Source: Heteronotia binoei (lineage: Eukaryota). Taken from it: 64,000 bases of DNA. A program made the translations under genes and the position numbers. Every line of letters begins with the position of its first letter. The first letter of the stretch is position 1. Below the pieces are notes generated by a model, which did no database searches, had not been told where the DNA came from, and was given only the letters and a program-made list of their open reading frames with translations. Below are positions 24,911 through 37,116 of the stretch, piece after piece. The stretch covers positions 63,922,001 through 63,986,000 of the forward strand of contig NC_083232.1 of the NCBI RefSeq assembly GCF_032191835.1, in the 5' to 3' direction.

Positions 24911-26175
24911 TATAAAGTGTGTGTGTTTTTTATTTTAACAAGTCAGAGATGGCAGCAAACGAGGGGGAGGGGTTCCTCTTCAGCTTTAGAAATGCTCACT
25001 GAAGGGTGCAGCGGCCATTGGCTGAAAAGATCCATGTGATTTGCTGCCTTCTGATTAGCTAAAACCCCCATTTCAGCCAGGGTAAATTCTGTCTGGTAAG
25101 CTACCTTGATTGGAGTCCTGCTTGTCTAGTCCCACCCCTAGCAGCAGGCGCTTTTTCAACTGACTCTGCTAGTCAGTAACTCACAGCCAGTCTTCCAATA
25201 CACATCTCAAGGCGGAAAAAATGTGGCTGTGTTTTAAAATACATTTTTGGGGTTTTTTAAGCTGTGTTTGGTAAGCAATTGCATTCTGTCTCTCTCTCCT
25301 GCTGAGCTTAAAGGAAGGGTTGGCTTAGACTTAAAAGGACAGTGAACCTTACAAGGGCTCTGTGTCTGCTTGCTGGGGTCTGGGAAAAACGGGAGCTGTT
25401 GCATTTTGCAAAACCTGCTTGCCTGTGTTTGCAGTCGCTCTCTGCTTTAGGAAGCTGAAGGGTTTTTTCCTGGGAAGTGCTAAAATCCTGAAGGAACCTG
25501 TGTGTAACTGTGTATTTAAAAATGGTTCTGAAGCATTATATGGCTGAAGGGGCAACGGGTATCTCTCTCACACACACACCCTCTGTCTCTCACTCTCTCT
25601 CTCAGTTTTTGTGCAGGCTTTAAAAAATAAATGGTGTCTGTTCCTTGCAGAAGAGAACTCTCTCAAGGGAAATGGCTATGTTTTATAAAGAGAGGAGCTG
25701 CTTGTATTACAGCCTCTCACTTCTAGTGCCTTTAAGTTTAAAAAGGGTACTGTTCCTTGTAGGACTTGCACGAAGAGAGAACTCCTGGCAAAACATTCTT
25801 CGGGTGGGAACTGGAGAATCTCCAGGAATTTGTAATTTCAGTTTTTCAAATACAGTTTTCAAAGCATACCAAACATTTTCCCACAATAAACAAAAGCACA
25901 CTTTTCAATACTCCTCCTGTACAAAAGCACAGCTCCCCCCAAAAATAAAGCTTGCACCAAACAATTTTTCACCTAATAAAAAAACTACTGTAGCCATTTT
26001 GCCTCCTCCTTCTTCCCAGAAGTCCAGGCCCCCGGGGGGAGGATGGCTCCACCCACCTCTGACAGTCCCAGGTGGGTGGGAGGGGAGGAGCCAGGAGAGA
26101 GGGGAGAACCAGGAAGATGGAACTTATCTTCTCATCAAATCTTGATTCGACAAAAGCCATGTCCCTAATACTACT
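23692..26175. mobile_element. non-autonomous Polinton/Maverick-like foldback element
   Basis: Termini AGTAGTATTAGGGAC... / ...GTCCCTAATACTACT, first 27 bp perfectly inverted; arms ~23692-24595 and ~25278-26175; 6-bp TSD CTCCAC at 23686-23691 and 26176-26181; no coding core. Confidence 0.75.
24646..24912 (+). mobile_element. 5'-truncated Squam3-like SINE in the spacer of the foldback element
   Basis: Body matches other copies; long (TAT)n tail 24830-24910. Confidence 0.85.
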
Positions 26176-27059
26176 CTCCACCAACTCATGGGTAGAGAGT
26201 GTCTGTTTCAAAATATGAATTATTGGAGGCTGTACAAATTTGTTACTCAGGCCCTCCCAAGCAGGCAAGATGTCTCAGTTCCTAGTAGCCAGCCACTAGC
26301 CAAAGGTCATTAAGGAAGCCATCAAGTTATTGCTTAGTACAGCACAACGATATTTCCATAAATTTACCAAGGCAGAGATGAGATTGTGTGACACTTGGTG
26401 ACCAGCAGGGTCATTCTAATATTGTACTTCTCTCTGTAGGTTAGCTTTTCTTGCTATGGAAACAGAAACTGGAGATGGTATAGATAAATGGTTAAGAAGA
26501 GACCAGCCTATTGTGTTTGGTACTTGCACTGGTGGGGATAGGTGGGGAAAAGATACTGTTGCAGTTCAGCATAATGCAGCAACTGAGCTAGAAACAGTCT
26601 GTGAAAAGTAGAGGGCATGCACCACAACTGCTTCACGCTCTGGTTATTTTCTGTGACGTCGCTCTATGTATTATTAACTAATCTTCCTTTTACTGTAAAT
26701 CATTTCTGCTCCAAGGATATATTATTATGCTCCTAAAAATTTCTGTTTGAAGTCACAGAAAGTTTAGAGCCTTTGACGTGCAAACCAGACACAAGAGCAA
26801 AAGTTGTAGCTGTGATATTTACAACTAGATTGTTGTAAATATCACAGAAAGGCAGAAAATAAAAAGTGTTGGCCAAAATTCAAGATGGATAATTGCACTT
26901 TGCTATTCCAAAGTCTGTAAGTATACTAATGGAGGGAGTTAACGTCATTTGAGCTGCTAAAAAACCAGATTGTCAAGTATACTTAACACAAATTAAAGTT
27001 CCAAGGAAAGGAAGATAGATATTTATTAAAGCAATATAGAATAATATGTTATGCTTATT

Positions 27060-27367
27060 GGAGGAGGAGAAGGAGGAGGACGACGATGACAATGAGGAGG
27101 AGAAGAGGAGGAGGAGATTGGATTTATACCTTACTCTTCACTCAGAGTCTCAGAACAGCTTCCAATCTCCTTTCCCTTCCTCTCCCCACTACAGACAGCC
27201 TGTGAGGTAGGTGGAGCTAAGAGCTCTGACAGAAACTGCTCTTTCCAGAACAGCTCTGAGAGAGTTATGACTGACCCAAGGTCAATCCAGCAGGTGCATG
27301 TGGAATCAAACCCAGTTCTCCCAGATTACAGTCCGTGCACTTAACCACTTAACCAAACTGGCTCTCT
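27060..27367 (-). mobile_element. Squam3-like SINE with GA-rich (reverse TCC) tail
   Basis: Reverse complement of the head (AACCAAACTGGCTCTC) at ~27350-27367. Confidence 0.85.
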
Positions 27368-27530
27368 ACACACCGCCATTCCAAGATTTCCAGTCTTTCC
27401 AGTATGCATAGAAGACTCATGTGAGCCCACACAGGAGTTTCTGTACAGAGAACTAAGTTTTTTGATATGGATATGACATAGATATGGTCACTATTTCAAT
27501 ATACTTGAAATAATATAGAATAGAGAGAGA

Positions 27531-27702
27531 TACTTGACATCAAGTTGCAACTGACGTATGGTGACCTCATTGGGTTTTCAAGGAAAGATACACTCAGAGG
27601 TGGTTTGCCATTGCCTGCCCCTGTGCAGTAACTCAAGACTTCTTTGGTGGTCGCCCATCCAATTACTAACCAATAGGGCTGACCCTACATAGCTTCTGAG
27701 AT
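27531..27702 (-). mobile_element. 5S rRNA-headed SINE (5S-Sauria-like)
   Basis: On the minus strand ATCTCAGAAGCTATGTAGGGTCAG...GGTTAGTAATTGGATGGG resembles the 5S internal promoter; followed by GGCAATGGCAAACCACC tail shared with Sauria SINE. Confidence 0.75.
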
Positions 27703-28135
27703 TTATTTATTTAATGGGATTTCTCTCCCACTCTCCTCTGCAAGTGGGCTCAGAGCAGGTTACATAGTACCAGAAGAACAAAACAATTACACATAAATTC
27801 AACAAATACAATCCAATAGTATAATTTCCATGAAATTTGATTTAAAACCCTAAAACCAAATTTAAGTCCAAATTTAAATTCAGGATGGCAGATTAATAGT
27901 TTAACAATGTAACAATATGCCATACACAGTTCAGAAAAACTAGTCTATAGCCTAATATAGTTGTATAATATGTAACATAAGCTGACTAAAACTGGTTGGT
28001 TGAGCAGAGGAGGTCGTAAATCTGATACCCACTACCTCAAGCAAAGGCCTGGCAGAACAGCTCCATTTAGTAGATCCCGCAGGACTCTGATCTCATTTGG
28101 AAGCATGTTTCACCAGGCCAGAGCCAGAGCCAAAA
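27703..28135 (-). mobile_element. old L2 3' end
   Basis: TTTA-repeat tail, GGGCTCAGAGCAGGTTACA and CAAAGGCCTGGCAGAACAGCTCC, similar to other L2 copies. Confidence 0.6.
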
Positions 28136-28425
28136 CGAGACAAGATCTGCAATAGAGCATTGAATGATATCACAGACACTGGAGTTTGCATATGGTACAT
28201 CATAAATTAACAAAGTAAAAAACAGTGCACAATCTTATATTTGGGTCTTTATATTTTTTGTTGCATTGAGTTCACTGCATTTTCACATTTAAAGCCCTAT
28301 ATGTTTTGAGACCAACATACATGAAGGTCTGACCCCCTACTCCTTTATGAATCTGGAAAATCACTACGGTCATCTTTGGAGGCCCTGCTCCGGCTGACCC
28401 TGCTTTCTGAGATTACATGGGTGAC

Positions 28426-28724
28426 TAGGGATGAGCAAAAACTAGGGAAATGGAGGTTCGTGGTGTCTCACGAACCATGATTCTCCATGAACCTTTCTGT
28501 TTAATGAACCATGTTCATGGTTTGTGAGGTGGGATGGCTTTTTAAGGCCCGCTACTGGTGCCAGAATGTCTGCCAACATAAGCCACATGAACCTACCTAG
28601 ATGATTTGTGGGAGGTTCATGGGGCTCGTGAAGGTGGGATGGCACAAACTGAGGTTCACGAACCACAAACTAGGCTTGGTTCACGATGAATTTTGGGTTA
28701 TAATTCAGTTTGTGCCCATCCCTA
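28426..28724. mobile_element. hAT-type MITE (TAGGGATG TIR)
   Basis: TAGGGATGAGCA ... TGCCCATCCCTA; internal GGTTCGTG/CACGAACC repeats; no TSD visible. Confidence 0.7.
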
Positions 28725-28827
28725 AAGGCAACCCAGGAGAGGATCTTCTTAGCCATGGCAAGGTTATAATTCAGTTTGTGCCCATCCCTAAAGGCAACCC
28801 AGGAGAGGATCTTCTTAGCCATGGCAA
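28696..28827. repeat. perfect 66-bp tandem duplication that copies the MITE right TIR plus flank
   Basis: 28696-28761 equals 28762-28827. Confidence 0.95.
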
Positions 28828-28851
28828 GGTTAAAATTCTAGTTCAAATACT

Positions 28852-29857
28852 AAGAACATAAGAGAAGCCATGTTGGATCAGGCCAACGGCCCATCAAGTC
28901 CAACACTCTGTGTCACACAGTGGCAAAAAATGTTATATACACACATACACTGTGGCTAATAGCCACTGGTGGACCTGTGCTCCATACACTGTGGCTAATA
29001 GCCACTGATGGACCTGTGCTCCATATTTTTATCTAAACCCCTCTTGAAGGTGGCTATACTTGTGGCCGCCACCACCTCTTGTGGCAGTGAATTCCACATG
29101 TTAATCACCCTTTGGGTGAAGAAGTACTTCCTTTTATCCGTCTTAACCTGTCTGCTCAGCAATTTCATCGAATGCCCACGAGTTCTTGTATAGTGAGAAA
29201 GGGAGAAAAGTACTTCTTTCTCTACTTTCTCCATTCCATGCATTATCTTGTAAACCTCTATCATGTCACCCCGCAGTCGACGTTTCTCCAAGCTAAAGAG
29301 TCCCAAGCGTTTCAACCTTTCTTCATAGGGAAAGTGCTCCAGCCCTTTAATCATTCTAGTTGCCCTTCTCTGCACCTTCTCTAAAGCTATAATATCCTTT
29401 TTGAGGTGCGGCGACCAGAACTGCACACAGTACTCCAAATGAGACCGCACCATCGATTTATACAGGGGCATTATGATACTGGCTGATTTGTTTTCAATTC
29501 CCTTCCTAATAATTCCCAGCATGGCATTGGCCTTTTTTATTGCAAACGCACACTGTCTTGACACTTTCAGTGAGTTATCTATCATGACCCCAAGATCTCT
29601 CTCTTGATCAGTCTCTGCCAGTTCACACCCCATCAACTTGTATTTGTAGCTGGGATTCTTAGCCCCAATGTGCATTACTTTGCACTTGGCCACATTGAAC
29701 CGCATCTGCCACGTTGACGCCCACTCACCCAGCCTCAACAGATCCCTTTGGAGTTCCTCACAATCCTCTCTGGTTCTCACCACCCTGAACAATTTAGTGT
29801 CATCCGCAAACTTGGCCACTTCACTGCTCACTCCGAACTCTAAATCATTTATGAACT
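28852..29857 (-). mobile_element. young CR1 LINE, ~1 kb, 5'-truncated
   Basis: FINDLE...FADDTKLF...YCVQFWSP...WNSLP open to the natural stop (ORF 28995-29873); TTATGTTCTT tail; 39-bp tandem duplication near 28945-29022. Confidence 0.95.
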
Positions 29858-31268
29858 GTTTCGTTCCAGCCATTAAAAGTCAGGATTTATTGCAGTTATC
29901 CAATTGTACCAGCAGCAAGCAAAACAGAAAAAGGGGGGGGAAGCACAGAAAAAAGATCAGGTGACCCCAGCAAGAGGCTTTCAGGGAAAGTAAGAAGTAG
30001 AAGTGGTTTCCCATTTATTTCCTCTGCAGAATCTTCCTTAGTGCTCCCCCATTTAAGACCTGATCTTAAATAGGGTACCCACTAAGAGAGATTGGGCTAT
30101 ACCTAGCTGCCTTCTCTCCCCCTTTCCCATATACAATCGGTATATTCTATTACAAGACTGTAATTACTTAAACTATACCATCTGGAGCTTGTTTGTTCTC
30201 CAATATAATATATACCATCATTTAGCAATAACATCTTTCTGCTCTTTACATAAGACAGTCCAGTCCCAATACAAAGAAATAAACAGAAACATTCAGAATC
30301 CACTGGGAGACCATTTCTACCTATAAAAGTCGACATTCTCCAGGGAGCCTCCAGGGTGAAATTGCACAATTAGAATTCAACAAGAAGTTTGACAAAATTC
30401 TTCTCTTTTGGCTGAACAAGAATGGAAAGCTCCCAGATTCTCAAAAATCAGATTTTGTATCTGACCATTTTCTCTTTATTGATCTCACAACATTGAAGTG
30501 TGTGTATTTACTATAAATGGGAGTGCACTAAGCCTCTATATCTATACCTACCCTAATCTACAGTTCTGTCTGCCCTTCAGTGACAAATCTTCTCACTCCT
30601 TTAGATTTATTTACTTGGATGGGGAATATGGGACTCTGCCTCTATCCTCTCCCCTCAGTCTACCCCTGCCTCCCTGTAATCAGATACAACTGAAAGGTTC
30701 GCAACTGCACCAAGCAGGTGTAGTACCAGGTAACAGAACAGCTCATGTAAACAGCACTCTTCCCATGCTAGAGATATACCAATATGATTCACAGAAAGAC
30801 AAATTGGAACATCCCTGTTTGACAGGAAACTTTGCTAATCTTTCTTTTTACATAATATCCCTGTGAGGTTCATATCACTGAATCACTCTCTCTCGCTTTG
30901 CTGCCCTTCCTTCGACCTGTAGAAATGAAACCAGACAGAGAAGTACCAGAATAATGACCAAATGCAAATGTTTCTGATTGTTAATTAGTATCAGATGCAT
31001 TCACGTTAGTTATATATTTTTAAAAATGGGTGTCATTCAGTTCAGATTTTATTAACCATTATCCAACTATGCATTCTCAAGCTTCACATACATGCTTTCT
31101 AACCTCTGCACCACCTACTAAAAACATGCTAAGCTTGACCTTCCCTTCTCACAGCAGATCTGCCTCTCCATCTGGTCTTCCAGTCATTCAAAGGGATTCA
31201 GTTATTCAAAGGAATCACCCCCTATACCTGCCCGGTTTCTAAGTTAAAATTCTCACATCCATAGTTTT

Positions 31269-31449
31269 NNNNNNNNNNNNNNNNNNNNNNNNNNNNNNNN
31301 NNNNNNNNNNNNNNNNNNNNNNNNNNNNNNNNNNNNNNNNNNNNNNNNNNNNNNNNNNNNNNNNNNNNNNNNNNNNNNNNNNNNNNNNNNNNNNNNNNNN
31401 NNNNNNNNNNNNNNNNNNNNNNNNNNNNNNNNNNNNNNNNNNNNNNNNN
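31269..31449. other. assembly gap (181 N)
   Basis: N run; sits at the expected position of the simple-repeat tail of the adjacent L2. Confidence 0.99.
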
Positions 31450-32095
31450 CCCCCGCCAAAGGCAGGCTCAGGGCAGCTCACAGGACATGGTGTATACCAT
31501 GATTACAGTAAAATACAATAATTACTATAAAACAGTTAGAATATAGTTAAGTTACATTCATAAATTAAGTTAAAAGTTAAATAAAACAGTTAAACCATTA
31601 TAGATTATCAATTAAGGTGCTATAGTTCAAAATATGTATAGGATGGCTAGATGTCATTAACTGGGTTCCATCTTAAAAGCGAGCTGAAATAGGGCGGTTT
31701 TGCAAGCCCTGCGAAACTGATTTAGGTCTCGCAGGGCTCGCACCTCCTCTGGTAGTTGATTCCACCATTGGGGAGCCATTGTTGAGAAGGCTTGCTCCCT
31801 TGTTGTTTTCAGTCTGGCCTCCCTTGGTCCAGGGATTTTTAAAAGATTTTGAGAACTAGATCTCAGTGCTCTCTGAGGAACATATGGTCCCTAAGATAGG
31901 CAGGTCCTCAGCCATATAGGGCTTTAAAGGTAATAACCAGCACCTTATAACAAACATGGTACACAATTGGCAGCCAGTGCAGCTCCCGCAGCCTTGGCTG
32001 TACATGTTCCCACCGAGGTAGTCCCACTAACAGCCTGGCCACTGCGTTCTGCACTAGCTGCAGTTTCCGCATTCGGTATAAGGGCAGCCCCATAT
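31450..32095 (-). mobile_element. L2 LINE 3' fragment
   Basis: MGLPL...KLQLVQNAVARLL...LRELHWLPI...FKALYG; same family as 8219-10167. Confidence 0.9.
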
Positions 32096-32219
32096 AAAAA
32101 AGTACTATCTCAATGAAACCTTCCAAGATATCCTAGAGCCATGTCCTTCTAACGGCATGGAGCAATTTCATTCAGACGTTAGCCCCTTCAATTGCTATGA
32201 AGCTAAAAAGGGTTGTTCC

Positions 32220-32421
32220 TATGGTTGCCAACTCTGGCTTGGGAAATTCCTAAAGATTTGGGGGTGGTGCCTGAGGAAGGCAGGGCTGGAGGAGGGAAGG
32301 GACCATAGCTGCCACAGAGTCCACCCTTCTAAGCAGCTGTTTTCTCCAAGGAAACTGAGCTCTGTAGTCTGAGAAATCCATTATAATTCCAGATGACCTC
32401 CAGGGCAGGTTAGCAATCCTA
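32220..32421. mobile_element. hAT (TAGGGTTGCCA-type) MITE
   Basis: TATGGTTGCCA / TAGCAATCCTA; TSD GTTGTTCC/GCTGTCCC (6/8). Confidence 0.7.
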
Positions 32422-32796
32422 GCTGTCCCTACTTTGCTTCCAAATGGCAATGGATTGTGTGATATAATGCCCTACAAAGACATCTTTGTTGTAGTTCCCA
32501 TAATGGAAAGAACCAATTGGACGCGACATGAACTCTCTTTCCTATGCAGTTCTTTGATCCCAGTTTCTGCACATGTTCTTGATTATTTTAATTCAGACCC
32601 ACTGCTAAAAATGTTTCCTAACTTAGAGTAAGTTCTCGGAATATCCTTTTTACAGAGGCACTCTCATCAAACATTATTACAAGAACATTTAATTATATAA
32701 ATTAAAATGTAATTTTGACTTGTAGTACTGGAAACGTTTCTTCCTACAGCTATCCAAGCAGGGGATCTAGTGACAATTTGTCTCTACGTATTACAG

Positions 32797-33080
32797 TAAG
32801 GGTGGCCAAACTGTGGCTCTTGCACACATATTGTGTGCCTCTTGAAGCCCCCACCGCCCCACCAGCCAGCTTGGGGAAGGCATTTATCTCTTTAAATCAC
32901 TTCTCTGAGCCAAGCCATCCAGCAGCTTGGAGAATGCATTTAAAATTAAAGTTGCTTTCTTTCCACCTCTCTCGCCCTCTTCTTGCCCCATCTACTTGCC
33001 TTCCTTCCTTCCTCGCGGCTCCCAAACATCTAGCATTTATTCTATGTGGCTCTTACATTAAGCAAGTTTGGCCACCCCTG
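32797..33080. mobile_element. hAT-type MITE (GGGTGGCCAAAC TIR)
   Basis: TAAGGGTGGCCAAAC / GTTTGGCCACCCCTG; TSD TATTACAG/TATTATAG (7/8). Confidence 0.8.
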
Positions 33081-33136
33081 TATTATAGCATAGCTTAACA
33101 GCCAAAGAATTAAAATCACACACATGGTTTTTGTTA

Positions 33137-33341
33137 TAGGATTGCCAACATCCATGTAGGGCCATGTAGAGATCTCCTGGAATTCCAACTGATTTCCAGA
33201 CTATATAGATTAGTTCCCTGGGAGAAGATGAAGGTGGATTCTATGGCATTATTTTTTACTGTGGTCACTCTCCAAACCCTGCCCCTCCTTAGACATCACT
33301 CCAAATCTCCAGAAATTTCTCAGCTGGGAGATGGCAAACCA
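33137..33341. mobile_element. hAT (TAGGGTTGCCA-type) MITE, opposite orientation to 32220-32421
   Basis: TAGGATTGCCAAC ... TGGCAAACCA. Confidence 0.6.
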
Positions 33342-33348
33342 CTTTTGT

Positions 33349-33430
33349 TAAGAATGCAAGAGTAGCCCTGCTGGATCAGACCAGTAGTCTATCAAGACCT
33401 GCAAACCATTTCACAGAGTAGCCTGCAAGT
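33349..33430 (-). mobile_element. old CR1 3' tail fragment
   Basis: AAGAATGCAAGAGTAGCCCTGCTGGATCAGACC resembles the CR1 tail. Confidence 0.5.
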
Positions 33431-35044
33431 CATCCTGGATGGTCAACAAGCAGGGTTTACAGATCAAGGGTTTCTACTGATGTTGACACCTATTTAAAAA
33501 AAAATAAAAATCTCCAACCTATTTTAAAACAAAAGAGCCAAAAATGTTGATCAGTTTGCAACAGCACGGCACCCCTAAAGCAAAGACATCGATGAATCAT
33601 CCTTACAATCAAATCCTTAGCCAATGCTATAGCAATGGTTACATCAACATGAGCCAAGGATGGATTATTCAGAGCATAATGAACCAGTTGATTGATCATC
33701 AGCACTGTTATGCAATGCAAATGATTGAGCTACTTAGATTATGTACTACAGCTGCAGCTAACCCTAACTACAGCATAGACTACAAAACCAGCAATGACAC
33801 AAAGAAAAAGCGCAGCATGAACTTATTTGCGTATTAGGCCACACCTCCTGATGCCAAGTCAGGAAGAACTGTGTTCCTGTGTGTTCCTGCTCAAAAAGAG
33901 GCCTATTACTATAAATAGTAATATATCCTTAAAACATATATAGGCTGATTAAAATAGGGTTGCACTTACCTGTAACCAAGGCTTTTTTTTCTGGAAAAAG
34001 AGGTGCCAGAACTCTCAAGAGGGAAATGAAGGAGAAATGCATGACTTCCCCTCATGAAATTTTAAACACTTTTTGATACTATTTCCCCAAAGAGGAAAAA
34101 CAAGAAAAGTCTTGTCCTCTTTGTTTCCATAAAGAGGACAAGAAAAATCAGCCCTGCAGGGTAGGACTGCAGAATGAGTTTCCCAGTCTAAAATGTTACC
34201 AGGTAGGTGGTCAGTGGTCCAGGCTTCTGGAATTAGGCTTTGAGGACAATGAAGGCAAAAATCCATAACAATTAAAATATAATTTTTTTATTAAGGTGCA
34301 AAAAATAGGTTAAAAGACAGACTGTGAAGAAATGAAACAACAAACTCTGTGCTTATCCAGCTGAGCTAATACAGTAAAGTTCCAAGTTACCAGATGTAAA
34401 ACCCAAAAGCTGGCAGGTTCAGCAACCAAGTAGTGCTGGTCTTCAGAGACCAAAAGGCCATAAGCCCACAAGAGCAGTAATTCAAGATGGATGCCTTGAG
34501 CAAAATGACTGCATACTGAGGCAGTCATCTCAAGCTGAGCTAAGTAACCACTGACATACTTAGTGCCAGGAAGCAACTGAGTTCCAGAATGACAAAAGCC
34601 AACTAAATTCATGGAAAGGGTCTCTGATGGGCCTTGGGCATGTTAGGCCAACCAGAAACCTGAGAGGCATAAGACATATAGAGTTTGACCAAGGGAGAGA
34701 AACAAAACTATACTGCAGATTAGTCTTGCCCCTTTTCCACAGATGCAAACAATAGCTCAAAGGCTTGGTATGTATGCACTGATTGATAAGCCAGGGTAAA
34801 GTGGTACTCCCTTTCTCTTCCAATAGTAAGTTATCTCGGCTGACAAGGTCATAATGACTGGTCTCCAACCATCTCTGGGAAAGTATGTTTAGGCCTCTAT
34901 AGCATGAACCAAAATTTTTATTACACAGAGCAAAAGGAAAAAACCATTTTTATGTACAATTTCTTCTTTAAATGTAGTTTATTTTCACTATAGTGAGTAT
35001 TGATGAAAAATGAGAACTTTTGAGAGAAAGAAGTCTCCTCAGCC

Positions 35045-35426
35045 TAGGGTTCCCATTACCCTGACAGGGGGGGTTTCCTCCCTCCCCCAAATTTTGGGGC
35101 CTCCAACCCATTTCCACAGAACAAGTGGGGGAACATGACCTCCAATGAGAACCGGTGCGCTCAACGTGTCTGATGCAATGACATCATTGAGAAGTGACAT
35201 CATAATGCCAGGTACATGGGATGCTCTAGCATTTAGAAAAAAACTCTATGATGACCATACAATTTTTCCCCAAGTGTTAGAGCGTTCCATGCATGACATG
35301 CCTGCTGCAATAATGTCACTTCCAGGTAATGTCATCACGGCACACATGTTTTGCATGTGCAAAGAGAACCCTAGGGAGGAGAAGTTGCATTCCCCAATGG
35401 CAGGCAGGTAAGACCTTGCAACCCTA
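35045..35426. mobile_element. hAT (TAGGGTTGCCA-type) MITE
   Basis: TAGGGTTCCCA / TGCAACCCTA; TSD CCTCAGCC/TCTCAGCC (7/8). Confidence 0.8.
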
Positions 35427-35726
35427 TCTCAGCCTCAAGTATGGTGAGGGAAAAACAGGGAAAAGCAGTGGAGATCCTCTCTCTGTGGTGGGAAAAAGAG
35501 AGAACTGAGGGAGTAGAACTCCACCTCCTAGTCAGTGATCGTTTTGGCAGGAAAGTACCAGAGGGAGGAGGAGCATTCCTAGTCTACTGGAAAGCTTTGG
35601 AATTTTTTCTGCAGCTGACCTGACACATGCAGTCCCTATGTGGGACAGCACAGAAATCATTAAGGCGAACAAGATTAACAAGTGCTGGACTTCTGATAAG
35701 GTACTTCTACAAATATTTCCACTTTA

Positions 35727-35779
35727 TTTAATTCCATCGTTTAATTCCACGTTGTTTAATTCCACGTTGTTTAATTCCA
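35727..35779. repeat. short minisatellite, unit TTTAATTCCACGTTG
   Basis: About four copies of a 13-15 bp unit. Confidence 0.85.
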
Positions 35780-36319
35780 AAGTATAAATTGTGATAGCAC
35801 TAGTGATATAACATGTATATGATCTTTCATATAATTTAGCATACTATAAAAATGATTACAAGCGAATTTTTACCAATGGAAATTTGGGGATAAGGGGAAC
35901 TGAAGGCCAATGAAATGTTAACAGCAGTACACTACAGTGGCTACTTCAGCTTGAAATAAAGAACACTCCTTAGAAATATTTACAGAATACATGTAAATAG
36001 ATATTTAATTTTAAGGGTCATAAACCTAGCAGTTGCTGAAAGAAATAAATGTATTCCAAGTTTTCTCTTCCTTCCACTGGACTTTATTCTAACATATATG
36101 GGTATCTCAGTTCAAATCTTCTCTTGATCATCAAGATATAAACAGCTATTATGTGCTCATCCAACTGGGAGTCAAGAAAATAAGTAGAAAATTTTAAAAA
36201 CGTAAAGCATTGTTTCAAAACAAGCTTAGCTAAAAAAATTGTGTGTGTGTGTGTGCTGGAAATGAGACAAGATTTAGAATGGTAATATCTAGAAACTTTG
36301 TTTTGGGTTGGATTGGGTT

Positions 36320-37116
36320 CAGGGCCAGCATGTGAGAGTAGGAGAGGTAGGCGGCTGCCTAGGTGCCCCCTCACCGCAGAGGCGGGGGCGGCACCCCCTC
36401 CGCATCCTCGTTCGCACTATTCCTGATCCTCCACATCATTCTTTCTTGGCTCTGAGCAATTGGAGCTGAGAAAGAGCAACATACCCCATTCCCACCCAGT
36501 CCTCTCCGGGTTCAGAGGGAGCTGGGTGGGGTGGGTGCCAAGCATTCTTTCTTGGCTCCGATCACTCAGAGCTGAGAAAGAATGACACACCCTCTGCCCA
36601 GCTCTCTCCAAACCCGGAAAAGGCTTGGTGAGGGGCATGCCGAGCATTTTTTCTTGCTCTGAGTGTTTGGAGCTGAGAAAGAGCAATGTGCCCCCTGCCC
36701 AGCTCCCTCCAAACCTGGAGAAGGTGGGGCAGGGGGCATGCCGAGCATTCTTTCTTGGCTCTGAGCGATCGGGGCCAAGAAAGAACACCATGCTCCCCAC
36801 CCAGTCCTCTCTGGGTTTGGAGGGAGCTGGGCAGGGGATGCATTGAGCATTCTTTCATGGCTCTGATTGCTCAGAGCTGAGAAAGAATGAAGCGCCCCCT
36901 GTCCACTGCCCTCCAAACCCAGAGAGAGCTGGGCGGGGGGATGCACCAAGCATTCTTTCTTGGCTCTGAGTGATCAGAACTGAGAAAGAACATTTAAGAA
37001 CAGTGCACCGGCGTGATAATGTTACTTCAGGGTGACGTCATCATGCCGTGCACAATTGGAGCCCACGGGGGGGGGGGGTTCTGCCTGGGGTGGCAGAACC
37101 CCTAGCGCCAGGGCTG
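36320..37116. mobile_element. hAT-type MITE carrying a ~103-bp hairpin minisatellite
   Basis: CAGGGCCAGC ... CCTAGCGCCAGGGCTG; TSD ATTGGGTT/ATTAGGTT (7/8); six units beginning CATTCTTTCTTGGCTC between ~36437 and 36992. Confidence 0.75.

Noticed and set aside
23610-26145. Similar ORFs on opposite strands (151 aa minus, 166 aa plus) suggesting a duplicated gene
   Set aside because: They mirror the inverted arms, contain indels relative to each other and show no protein motif.
36437-36992. CRISPR-like array (palindromic repeat plus spacer of regular length)
   Set aside because: The spacers are homologous to each other, the DNA is vertebrate, there are no cas genes, and the array lies within a MITE; it is a minisatellite.
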